From contig JBBKVR010000029.1 of the NCBI GenBank assembly GCA_037968575.1, positions 2,521 to 66,520 of the forward strand: a DNA stretch of 64,000 nucleotides, written 5' to 3'. The notes beneath the pieces are model-generated. The model searched no databases. It was given only the letters and a program-made list of their open reading frames with translations, and had not been told where the DNA came from. The position numbers and the translations under genes were made by a program. Positions 52,160 through 60,272 of this stretch are shown piece after piece. This stretch comes from Bdellovibrionales bacterium (GTDB lineage: Bacteria; Pseudomonadota; Alphaproteobacteria; Micavibrionales; Micavibrionaceae). How positions within the stretch are numbered: position 1 is the first letter of the stretch; every line of letters begins with the position of its first letter.

Positions 52160-52950
52160 GAGAAAAACACCTGTGTGAGGATGTAGTTAAAGATAAGAAT
52201 AAGAATAGAGCCTGCCACAACGGCGTTTGTAGTCGCTTTACCAACACCTTGTGCGCCACGCCCAGAATGGAAGCCGTGATAGCAACCCATCAGTGTAACA
52301 ATGAATCCAAAAGCGGAAGCCTTAACCAACCCTGAGACAACATCCATTGTGTTTAGCACGTCCCAGCTTTGGCTTAAATAATTTGCAGGCGAAAATCCGA
52401 GCACATGTATGGAAACAACGTAACCACCTAAAATTCCGATAATGTCACCAATCAAAACAAGAATAGGGAGCATTAATGTTCCCGCGATAATGCGGGGGGC
52501 AATCAGATACTTAAATGGATTAACCGACAAAGTACGAAGCGCATCAATTTGTTCAGTCACTTTCATTGTTCCGATTTCAGCGGCAATTGATGCGCCGACA
52601 CGCCCCGCAACCATAAGACCTGCTAAGACAGGAGCGAGCTCGCGTGTAATAGATAATGTGACAACAGCGGCAATCGCGCTCTCGGCGTTAAAGCGTGTGA
52701 ACCCCGTATAGGATTGCAGGGCCAACACCATCCCCGTGAAGAAGGTTGTTAAACCAACGACAGGCAGAGAATAATATCCAATGCTCATAAATTGATGGAT
52801 GAGGTTTTTAAAGAAAAATGGCGGAGTGAAAATGTGCTTTAAGGTATTCCCTATAAAAATGAACAGGCGACCTAACGCACCCAGTAGAGACACAACGGTA
52901 TGACCAACAGTCTGGCAGATATCAGCGATGTTGATGTTGTATGCGTTCAC
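52156..52950 (-). CDS. mlaE: ABC transporter permease, MlaE family
   Basis: REL.PVL..L..AGR.GS....E.G.M...EQIDAL pattern (TRELAPVLAGLMVAGRVGASIAAEIGTMKVTEQIDAL). Confidence 0.88.
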   Translation of the reverse strand: MNAYNINIADICQTVGHTVVSLLGALGRLFIFIGNTLKHIFTPPFFFKNLIHQFMSIGYYSLPVVGLTTFFTGMVLALQSYTGFTRFNAESAIAAVVTLSITRELAPVLAGLMVAGRVGASIAAEIGTMKVTEQIDALRTLSVNPFKYLIAPRIIAGTLMLPILVLIGDIIGILGGYVVSIHVLGFSPANYLSQSWDVLNTMDVVSGLVKASAFGFIVTLMGCYHGFHSGRGAQGVGKATTNAVVAGSILILIFNYILTQVFFS

Positions 52951-53037
52951 TTAAGAACCCCTCATAAAATTTCTATTCAAAGAGGAATAGCATGGGAGGC
53001 ATCCCATGAAAAGTGTCAAATCAATAAGTTAAGTCAC

Positions 53038-53067
53038 GAAAAAACCCGAAGAAAATCTCCGGGTTTT
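53038..53067 (-). terminator. rho-independent terminator of the hsp20-DUF1150 operon
   Basis: Minus strand ACCCGGA-(7-nt loop)-TTCGGGT, including one G-U pair, followed by TTTTT. It lies 15 nt after the DUF1150 stop. Confidence 0.65.
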
Positions 53068-53081
53068 GAATTTTTGTAAAT

Positions 53082-53312
53082 TTAATGAACGCTCACAGCG
53101 TTAAGTTCGTTATGAAAGAGACTTCCAAGAGCCATTTCTTTACTGTCATTAATGGTCAAAGGTGTTCCGTCTGCGGCATGTACTGCAAAGGCATCATGCC
53201 CATCCACCTTCACCTGTTTAATGTACGCCATCTCATTCAGTCCCATAGCCTTAAAGTCTCTGGGGCTTAGGCGTCTCAGGAATTCAACAACCGTTTGTGG
53301 TTTGTGGTTCAT
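53082..53312 (-). CDS. DUF1150 family protein
   Basis: 76 aa with L.P.DF...GL..MAYIK.V...G...F.VHAADGTPL. It is in the conserved partnership immediately downstream of an Hsp20 gene. Confidence 0.75.
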   Translation of the reverse strand: MNHKPQTVVEFLRRLSPRDFKAMGLNEMAYIKQVKVDGHDAFAVHAADGTPLTINDSKEMALGSLFHNELNAVSVH

Positions 53313-53327
53313 ATCAAATATCTCCCC

Positions 53328-53810
53328 TTACTTACGCTTGGAGGGTTTGGAAGGTTCATCCACCTCAATCGCCTTAAGTTTTCCATTGCTCTGAGGCTCA
53401 GAATTTTTGATGGAAATTTTCTTAGCAGATGATTGTGGAATGACGCGCTCCATGTCGATATGAAGAAGGCCATTATTCAATGAGGCATCTTTTACCTCAA
53501 TTCCATCGGCAAGTACGAAACTGCGCTGGAACTGACGAGCTGCGATACCGCGGTGAATGTAAGCGCGAGAGGAATCATCCTCTTGCTTGCCGCGAATGGT
53601 CAGTTGATTGTTTTCAACTTCCACTTCCAAATCATCCATGGTAAAGCCTGCGACTGCAAGCGTAATACGAAGATCATCTTCGCTTACCTGTTCTATATTG
53701 TAAGGGGGGTATGCTTCTCCCGCTGATTTTTTCAAACGGTCAAAGGTCTGCTCAAAATGGTCAAAACCCAAAAATAGAGGGCTTTCAAATAAAGATAGTC
53801 TTGATGACAT
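53328..53810 (-). CDS. Hsp20/alpha-crystallin small heat-shock protein
   Basis: YPPYNIEQVSEDDLRITLAVAGF...L.IRG...........Y.HRGIA.R.F.R.F.LAD...V..A.L.NGLL.I. Start set at MSSRLSLF (53810), 8 nt after an AGGAG. Confidence 0.92.
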   Translation of the reverse strand: MSSRLSLFESPLFLGFDHFEQTFDRLKKSAGEAYPPYNIEQVSEDDLRITLAVAGFTMDDLEVEVENNQLTIRGKQEDDSSRAYIHRGIAARQFQRSFVLADGIEVKDASLNNGLLHIDMERVIPQSSAKKISIKNSEPQSNGKLKAIEVDEPSKPSKRK

Positions 53811-53875
53811 TGTTCTAACTCCTCTGTTGAGCAAGTTAATATGTTACAAGCGACCTCACCATGAGCATCGCTCAA
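53811..53875 (-). promoter_or_regulatory. ROSE-like RNA thermometer in the hsp20 5' UTR
   Basis: Minus-strand hairpin AACUU(G)CUC-aaca-GAGGAGUU (53817-53837). UUGCU pairs with the AGGAG Shine-Dalgarno and leaves one bulged G, which is the hallmark of ROSE elements. An upstream hairpin AGCGA..CUCA-ugg-UGAG.UCGCU lies at 53849-53872. Confidence 0.65.
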
Positions 53876-53880
53876 TATGG

Positions 53881-53911
53881 ATTATATATAATTCTACGTG
53901 AATAATGCAAG
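53881..53911 (-). promoter_or_regulatory. candidate heat-shock/sigma70 promoter of hsp20
   Basis: The minus strand reads CTTGCAT (53905-53911), an 18-nt spacer and a perfect TATAAT (53881-53886). It can also be read as sigma32-like CTTG-N15-ATTATAT. Confidence 0.45.
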
Positions 53912-53932
53912 TTTGGATGAATGAGGGAATGG

Positions 53933-54109
53933 TTATTTCTTAGCGCGCGTGAAAACGCGATCACAATACCCACAGTCCACGCTGTCTCCGCCATCAAATG
54001 AGTAATAGACAACAGGGTGTCCCAAAGGCCCTAATCCACCGTCACACGAAACTTCGTCTGTATCGGCAGGAAATTTAATTGTTTCAGGATTTTTGTAGTC
54101 GGGTTTCAT
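53933..54109 (-). CDS. zinc-finger (zf-CHCC, NDUFS6 C-terminal-like) mini-protein, 58 aa; absent from the supplied ORF track (<60 aa)
   Basis: Hand translation gives MKPDYKNPETIKFPADTDEVSCDGGLGPLGHPVVYYSFDGGDSVDCGYCDRVFTRAKK. The C-x8-H ... C-x2-C pattern (CDGGLGPLGHP...CGYC) matches the CHCC zinc-finger family. Confidence 0.75.
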   Translation of the reverse strand: MKPDYKNPETIKFPADTDEVSCDGGLGPLGHPVVYYSFDGGDSVDCGYCDRVFTRAKK

Positions 54110-54167
54110 GCGTTTTTTTCGCCATTTTGGGGTGACATATTCATGTAATCTTTATACAGTGTCCCTC

Positions 54168-54557
54168 ATGAATGTCCAGACTTTGAAATGGAAGCTATCA
54201 GGCACGGCTGAGCAACAGCCAGAGAAATTCGTCACGATGGATTTGGAGACGGATAAACTTCTTTATTTATGGGGAGGCTCTATTGTCTCGTTTGAATGGC
54301 TAAAAGAAGGTAGGCCTAAATCAAAAGAGAACTTATCTGATGGTCTTCGTGAGCGTTTTGAGGAATGTGAAAAGGCTCTTCTCAACAATAAAGAGATTGA
54401 ACAACCATTGCTTGGCGTTGGCATTTTCAATGGTGTTGAAATTGGAACAGGGCGCGCGACTTTGTGTGTTTTTGCTGCGCATAAAGTTCCAACAATCAAA
54501 TGTTCCATCATGAAATCGATGGAAAAAGAATTCATGAAGCTTTGGAAAAAGGGCTAG
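54168..54557 (+). CDS. hypothetical protein, about 129 aa
   Basis: ORF trimmed to the internal ATG at 54168 (MNVQTLKW...), because the listed start would overlap the zf-CHCC gene. No family recognised. The 3' end overlaps cysS by 4 nt. Confidence 0.45.
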   Translation: MNVQTLKWKLSGTAEQQPEKFVTMDLETDKLLYLWGGSIVSFEWLKEGRPKSKENLSDGLRERFEECEKALLNNKEIEQPLLGVGIFNGVEIGTGRATLCVFAAHKVPTIKCSIMKSMEKEFMKLWKKG

Positions 54558-55948
54558 GTCTTCGACCACTCGGTGCCGTCGGCGGTGTCTTTGATTTCAA
54601 TACCCATGTTTAGTAATTCATCACGCAAAGCATCGGCCGCCGTATAATCTTTACCTGCTTTTGCTTCATTTCTTTTGGAAATCAGGTCTTCGATTTTGTC
54701 TGTATCTAAATCATCGTTTCCGAAGTTCAAAAATTCTTCGGCATCTTTTTCAAAGAATCCAAGTGTTTCTGCAAGCAGTGTAATTTTTGCTTTCAGGAGT
54801 GATTTTTCATCATCGGATGGGTTGGCACTTACCTCTTTGCAATATTGATGAAGATTGGAAATTGCCAAAGGTGAATTAAGATCATCATAAAGAGGAGAAA
54901 GGGCTTCATTTTTTTGCCCCTCATCTAATTCTATGACATCACAATCACTTAAATCATACAGGGTTTTATAAATCATCTGCGTGGTTTTCTTGGCTTGATG
55001 GATGCAGTTTTGATTCCAGTCCAGTGGTTTGCGATATTGGGCAATAAGCAATGCCATACGAATAACAAATCCATGAATGCCTTCTTCAAGTAAATCATGT
55101 GCAAGTGTGAAGTTGCCAAGCGACTTTGACATTTTCTCACCTTCAACGGTTAGGAAGCCATTATGAACCCAGACTTTTGCGAAAGATGTGAGGTCATCTT
55201 CGTGTCCATGCGCACAACAGGATTGAGCAATCTCGTTTTCATGGTGTGGGAATTTGAGGTCTGCGCCACCACCGTGAATATCAAATGGTAGTTGTAAATG
55301 TTTCTCAGCCATCACCGAGCATTCAATATGCCAGCCCGGGCGACCAAAGCCGTAAGGCGAATCCCATCCAGGCTCATCATTTGTGCTTGGTTTCCAAAGC
55401 ACAAAATCGGCTGGGTCTTTTTTGTATGAGGCAACCTCGACACGCGCGCCGGCAATTTGCTCATCACGGTTACGGCCTGATAATCCGCCATATTTTTTAA
55501 AAGAAGGAACATTGAATAACACATGACCATCGGCTTCATAAGCATGTCCGTTTTGTATGAGTGCCTCTATTTGTGCCAGCATTTCTGGGATATGGTCAGT
55601 GGCAAGTGGCTGGATGGTTGGTGCCATATTGCCCAATGCCTCCATATCCTCATTGTAAATCTTGGTATAACGTTTGGTGATTGTGTCTATTGGCTCACCA
55701 GTTTCCCGCGAGCGGGTAATGATTTTATCTTCTATATCCGTGATGTTTGAGGCGTAAGTCACCTTCAGGTAAAGCGTTTGTAGAACACGCGTCAGCAAAT
55801 CAAATACAACCGCCATACGAGCGTTACCTAAATGTGCGTAATCATAAACTGTTGGACCACAGGCATAGAGTCGCACGTTGCTTTCATCTAAAGGCGTGAA
55901 AACTTCTTTTTTGCGGGTCAGCGAATTTGTAAGTTTTAATTGTGTCAT
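54554..55948 (-). CDS. cysS: cysteine-tRNA ligase
   Basis: The HIGH-type motif is HLGN (CGPTVYDYAHLGNARMAV). KMSKS is present, as are the zinc-binding Cys/His pattern (HIECS) and the FPHHENE block. Confidence 0.96.
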   Translation of the reverse strand: MTQLKLTNSLTRKKEVFTPLDESNVRLYACGPTVYDYAHLGNARMAVVFDLLTRVLQTLYLKVTYASNITDIEDKIITRSRETGEPIDTITKRYTKIYNEDMEALGNMAPTIQPLATDHIPEMLAQIEALIQNGHAYEADGHVLFNVPSFKKYGGLSGRNRDEQIAGARVEVASYKKDPADFVLWKPSTNDEPGWDSPYGFGRPGWHIECSVMAEKHLQLPFDIHGGGADLKFPHHENEIAQSCCAHGHEDDLTSFAKVWVHNGFLTVEGEKMSKSLGNFTLAHDLLEEGIHGFVIRMALLIAQYRKPLDWNQNCIHQAKKTTQMIYKTLYDLSDCDVIELDEGQKNEALSPLYDDLNSPLAISNLHQYCKEVSANPSDDEKSLLKAKITLLAETLGFFEKDAEEFLNFGNDDLDTDKIEDLISKRNEAKAGKDYTAADALRDELLNMGIEIKDTADGTEWSKT

Positions 55949-55992
55949 CCGTTGTTTTTACAGGCTCAAAGAAAACCTGACAACAGTGAAGG

Positions 55993-57111
55993 TTAGACAA
56001 CGGCTAGTTTGGATTCCCAAATTGGTAGAGTAGGGGATGAGTTACAAGGTTTGTATTGGTCTCTGTATGCTTCGAGATATTCCAGTACAGAAGGGTGATA
56101 AGCGCCCGTATCAGATATTTCACGAAAATGAAGACCTGTTAACTTAGTGATAATACTTTCCTGCATTTTAAAAGCTTCAGGCGACACTTCATTAATATCT
56201 GTTTCTCCAAAGACTATACTAGCGATTTCGTTGTCAAAAGTGATACCAGTTTTGTCCTGCAGTTTTGATACGAACCATCTTGCAACCTCGTCTGAGAAAG
56301 CCTCAGTTTTGGGATTTCCGCCCCCAATTCCATGGTCACCTACAAACCAAAGTTCCTCACAGTCTGTATCACTGTTTGGGTCTATAACCATAGGGGTTAC
56401 AGGAAATGAATGTCTATGTTCATCAATTGCATCGGCTTGCAATGCAACACCAATATTGCGTCCTAGTACGGGATCGTAAAATTCTTTTCGGCCATTTAAC
56501 AATTTTGCAAGTGGGCGCCATAAACCAATTTCTATAGATCCTATGAGAATTCTATTAGGAACACCTAGTGAGCCAACGGTGTCTATGCAGGCCAGATTGG
56601 TTTCAGGTCTTTCGTTAATTGAAAGTGTTTTTCGGAACTTTTGCATTTTAGGTGAGGAAGGCTTTTCATTACTTTTATATGCTCGATAAACAAGATTTAT
56701 GAGCCATTCACGGTGCTCAGGATTGTTACGGTCTACTGCATAGGCAGATTCAGCTTTATCCCAATCGACAACACCACATTTATATATCATTCCGTTCAGT
56801 GAACGAGCCGTATATGCACCACGGCTGTAGCCTATTAATGTTGTTTTATCACCAGATTGATAATTTAATGAATAATATTCATAAGCTTCTTTAATGCGCT
56901 TAGGTAGATCTGCTCCTGTTGCTCCATTCCATGTTCTTTTTAGAGTGCCACCGTCAGAACCAACTCCATCAAAATGCTGGGTTCTTTGCTCGAAACCGTT
57001 TGAGATAATTTTTGGAATAGAGTGTAGCAAAAGATATACATTGCTTGGGTAGTCTTGATCAGCACGTTGCCATGTTCCGTCAAGTCCAATGATGTGGTGT
57101 GTTTTTGTCAT
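55993..57111 (-). CDS. DUF2235 alpha/beta-hydrolase (Tle1-type phospholipase-like) protein
   Basis: N-terminal GLDGTWQ...NV, HFDGVGS, and the nucleophile-elbow block LIGYSRGAYTARSLNGMI (compare GFSRGA in DUF2235/Tle1). No signal peptide. Confidence 0.7.
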   Translation of the reverse strand: MTKTHHIIGLDGTWQRADQDYPSNVYLLLHSIPKIISNGFEQRTQHFDGVGSDGGTLKRTWNGATGADLPKRIKEAYEYYSLNYQSGDKTTLIGYSRGAYTARSLNGMIYKCGVVDWDKAESAYAVDRNNPEHREWLINLVYRAYKSNEKPSSPKMQKFRKTLSINERPETNLACIDTVGSLGVPNRILIGSIEIGLWRPLAKLLNGRKEFYDPVLGRNIGVALQADAIDEHRHSFPVTPMVIDPNSDTDCEELWFVGDHGIGGGNPKTEAFSDEVARWFVSKLQDKTGITFDNEIASIVFGETDINEVSPEAFKMQESIITKLTGLHFREISDTGAYHPSVLEYLEAYRDQYKPCNSSPTLPIWESKLAVV

Positions 57112-57167
57112 ATATCGGTATTAGCGATTAGTAATCAAAAAATCAACAATTTTATGAAAAATGGTGA

Positions 57168-57701
57168 CTATTTCTTTTTACGTAGATAAACATAAAAAGC
57201 GCCGTCACCACCGTCTCTGGGACGCGCATGATGATATTGCAGGACAATATTTTTAAAAGGTGACTGTTCCATCCAACTAGGAAATTTACGCTTTAGTACG
57301 CCGCGAGCATCTTCCATCCAATGTTCAGGATTAACAGATTGTGCGCCTTTGCCTGTAATGACCAAAACCAGTCTATTTCCTGAGCTATGGGCGCTCTCAA
57401 CAAACTTTTTGAGTGATTGAAATGCCTCTTCTTGGCGCATCCCATGTAAATCAATGCGTTTTTCTATTTTGAGTTTGCCTTTGACGAGCTTGTCTTTGGT
57501 GTTCTTATCAATTTCACGGCTTTTTTCGACCACGGCTCTGGTTTGTGGAATTGGATCTTTTAGTTTTTGAGGTTTTGGAGTAGCTGTTTTGGATGATTTA
57601 CTTTGTGATTCTGGTTTCTGCGCAGACGGTTTCTCTGGATGCAAAGGTTTGACATCCTGAGTCATTAAATTCCATAAATTTTTATCATCTTCAGGTGTCA
57701 T
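57168..57701 (-). CDS. Smr-domain protein (SmrB/MutS2 C-terminal-like endonuclease)
   Basis: The C-terminal Smr domain is IDLHGMRQEEAFQSLKKFVESAHSSGNRLVLVITGKG. The N-terminus is basic and low-complexity. Confidence 0.8.
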   Translation of the reverse strand: MTPEDDKNLWNLMTQDVKPLHPEKPSAQKPESQSKSSKTATPKPQKLKDPIPQTRAVVEKSREIDKNTKDKLVKGKLKIEKRIDLHGMRQEEAFQSLKKFVESAHSSGNRLVLVITGKGAQSVNPEHWMEDARGVLKRKFPSWMEQSPFKNIVLQYHHARPRDGGDGAFYVYLRKKK

Positions 57702-57781
57702 ATGTGTGATTTACTTGTGGTTCTAGTGCCAAATGCCGTATAAGTTGCGAAGCTAAACAATAACATAAAGACTAGGTTGAA

Positions 57782-58489
57782 ATGCGCATTTTTGCAAAGT
57801 TGTTTGTCATTATCTTTATCGCGATAGTTTTTGTTTCTGCAAGAGCACATGCGCAATTTATTGAAGAGGCTTCATCGTCCTTGGAGGTTGCGATTGCATA
57901 TCACAAACTGGCAGAACAAATTCCTGATTTTGAATTATGGGCCTCCTATACTCAAGAATACGGGACCGCGCTAGAAGACAGTAAGGCCGAAGTCTTAGAG
58001 GAAGAAACACAAAGACTTCAAAAAGCTTTTGCGTTTTATGACCACACAGTGACGCCAATCAATATCCGTACGCTTGTGGATGTTGGTGTCAAACAAGGTG
58101 ATGAACCAAAACTGTCCATTATATTTCCGAATAAACCCAACACCTATTTCCCTTATACTTATGGCGGCAGAGATTATGCCCTGATTACCGAAAATAGCGA
58201 TGTGCTTGGGGACATTCCTTTAACGGTTTTGGAAGCTGAGCAAGTTCAGGAAAAACTTCCGGAAAACGGTAAAACACTTTTGGTTCTCAATACCGTTCCT
58301 TATACGGTGAATACAAAAGAGTTTGTAAAAGATAAGAATTTGCAGCGTTTGCCGATGCTGGCTAAAATAGGAGGTATCTCCCTTTACAATAGCGACCTTG
58401 AAATTGTTTGGTCTTGGAAGGCGAATTGGTACAGCCGTGTCATAAGAGCAAGAAACGGGAAAGAGTCTAAAAATGCTGTACAAAATTAG
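57782..58489 (+). CDS. secreted hypothetical protein, 235 aa
   Basis: Signal peptide MRIFAKLFVIIFIAIVFVSARAHA and no recognised motif. Confidence 0.55.
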   Translation: MRIFAKLFVIIFIAIVFVSARAHAQFIEEASSSLEVAIAYHKLAEQIPDFELWASYTQEYGTALEDSKAEVLEEETQRLQKAFAFYDHTVTPINIRTLVDVGVKQGDEPKLSIIFPNKPNTYFPYTYGGRDYALITENSDVLGDIPLTVLEAEQVQEKLPENGKTLLVLNTVPYTVNTKEFVKDKNLQRLPMLAKIGGISLYNSDLEIVWSWKANWYSRVIRARNGKESKNAVQN

Positions 58490-59060
58490 CCCTTTTTTTC
58501 AGTCACTATTCCGCCGTACCGAAACACTTGATACACGGCAGGCCATTCGCCGTGAAGAAACAACCGCTGAACGTCGCAAAAAAGATGATGAAGAAAAACG
58601 CAAACCACTGGCAGGTTCTGTCACTGATGAAACAGAAGTGAGTGTGGACTCAATTCTGTCCTTTCTGAATGACATGCTCAAAGAAAATACGGCGGCCGCT
58701 CAAGAGCAATCTTTTAGTTCTATGGCAGATAATATTACCGCTTCGGAAACACCAAATGCACCTTCACAGCCCACAGGAGATGATACCCAACCGCGGACAG
58801 CTCCTTCAAAAGCGGCGAATGCCTATCAAGCGACAGCCACAAAAATTGAAGCCCCTAATTATTACGATGGGGAGAGTGTAAAGCCAGGAGATGGCGCGCA
58901 TGCCTTGACGTTAGATTCCAAGAACAGAAAAACTCTTGAGAGATTTGTTACTGATTTAAAAGAGTTGTCTGACAATGGCGTGACGACCCTGAATATTTCC
59001 CGGGCAGGAACCTTTTTCGAGTCGCTACGTGAAGCTATTGATTACCAAAAAATATCCTAA
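58473..59060 (+). CDS. hypothetical protein, 195 aa, largely low-complexity/charged
   Basis: Overlaps the preceding gene by 17 nt. Charged RREETTAERRKKDDEEKRK segment and a Pro/Thr/Ala-rich middle. No family recognised. Confidence 0.45.
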   Translation: MLYKISPFFQSLFRRTETLDTRQAIRREETTAERRKKDDEEKRKPLAGSVTDETEVSVDSILSFLNDMLKENTAAAQEQSFSSMADNITASETPNAPSQPTGDDTQPRTAPSKAANAYQATATKIEAPNYYDGESVKPGDGAHALTLDSKNRKTLERFVTDLKELSDNGVTTLNISRAGTFFESLREAIDYQKIS

Positions 59061-59100
59061 AGATTTGGCTATTTTGAATTCCGTGTGCTAATTTTCTTAT

Positions 59101-59673
59101 ATGGGAAAACATTCATCCGATTTGTTGGTCGGTAAACTCCTTCTGGCAACACCCCAGATGGGCGACCCTCGTTTTGAAAAAGCTGTTATCTTTGTTTGTG
59201 CTCATGATGAAAACGGTGCGATGGGCTTAGTACTTAACCAGCTAATGCCTGATTTTGGATTCACAAATCTTCTCGAACAACTCGGAATTGAAACCAATAA
59301 AGAACAAGCTATCAAAGTTCCTGTAATGCTTGGTGGGCCTGTCGAAACAGCACGTGGATTTCTACTTCATGGGGCGGATTACAAACTCAAAGATACCGTT
59401 GCCATCAATGATAACTTTTCTGTCACCGCCACACTGGACTGCTTAAAATCTGTTGCCGAAGGTAAAGGTCCTGAGGAGATGATTTTTATGTTGGGTTACG
59501 CTGGATGGGGTGCTGGCCAATTGGAAGATGAATTAAAAGATAACGCCTGGCTTGTTACTGACGCAGAAAACAGCCTTATTTTTGATACGCAAACCCCTCA
59601 ACTTTGGGAAAGAGCAGTTCAAACCTTGGGGATTGAGCCAACTTTTTTGACCACCCACGCAGGCAACGCCTAA
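59101..59673 (+). CDS. yqgE: YqgE/AlgH family protein (UPF0301)
   Basis: GKLLLATPQMGDPRFEKAVIFVCAHDENGAMGLVLNQ and the GGPV...LH and GYAGWGAGQLE blocks. Confidence 0.88.
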   Translation: MGKHSSDLLVGKLLLATPQMGDPRFEKAVIFVCAHDENGAMGLVLNQLMPDFGFTNLLEQLGIETNKEQAIKVPVMLGGPVETARGFLLHGADYKLKDTVAINDNFSVTATLDCLKSVAEGKGPEEMIFMLGYAGWGAGQLEDELKDNAWLVTDAENSLIFDTQTPQLWERAVQTLGIEPTFLTTHAGNA

Positions 59674-60272
59674 ATTTTATTCAAACCATATAAAACATGG
59701 TCTTGGCGTTTGCCTTCAATTTCAACGTAAGCCTTAGCTAGACCTTCTTCCTCAAAACCCAAACGTTCTAGTAATTTTCGACTGCGCATATTATTGGGTA
59801 AAGTTGCGGCATTTATGCGTTGGAGTTTCGCAACAGAAAAGCCGAAGCGGATGACCGCATCCAATCCTTCATACATAAGAGATTGTCCTTGTCTCTCCAC
59901 ATCTATCCAGTAACCGAGCCAGCCATACTGCGCCGCACCTCGGCAAACACTATTGATGTTGATGCCACCAACAAGTGTTCCTGATGGGCGTTCAAATAAA
60001 AGGAAGGCGTAGGCGTGATCATCCTTCCACTCTTTTTCCTGTCTTGATAAACGCTGTGTGAAATATTTTCGCTCGTCCCAGCCAGTATTCCATTTTGGTT
60101 CGAATGGTATGAGGTGATTTTTATTACACGAGCGGACCTTAATCCAATCTTTCCAATCAGTTTTTCGTGGAGCGCGTAAGGCCAATCGCGGTGTTTTGAT
60201 GAGCGTGTATTTGTAAGAGGGAAAACCTTCGATTGTAAATTCTGATTTAGTTTCACTCATGGCACGTCTCAA
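59670..60272 (-). CDS. GNAT-family N-acetyltransferase (RimJ/RimL-like)
   Basis: LALRAPRKTDW..., an acetyl-CoA-binding-like region GYWIDVERQGQSLMYEGL, and C-terminal LERLGFEEEG. Overlaps the upstream carboxypeptidase gene by 4 nt. Confidence 0.75.
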   Translation of the reverse strand: MRRAMSETKSEFTIEGFPSYKYTLIKTPRLALRAPRKTDWKDWIKVRSCNKNHLIPFEPKWNTGWDERKYFTQRLSRQEKEWKDDHAYAFLLFERPSGTLVGGININSVCRGAAQYGWLGYWIDVERQGQSLMYEGLDAVIRFGFSVAKLQRINAATLPNNMRSRKLLERLGFEEEGLAKAYVEIEGKRQDHVLYGLNKI

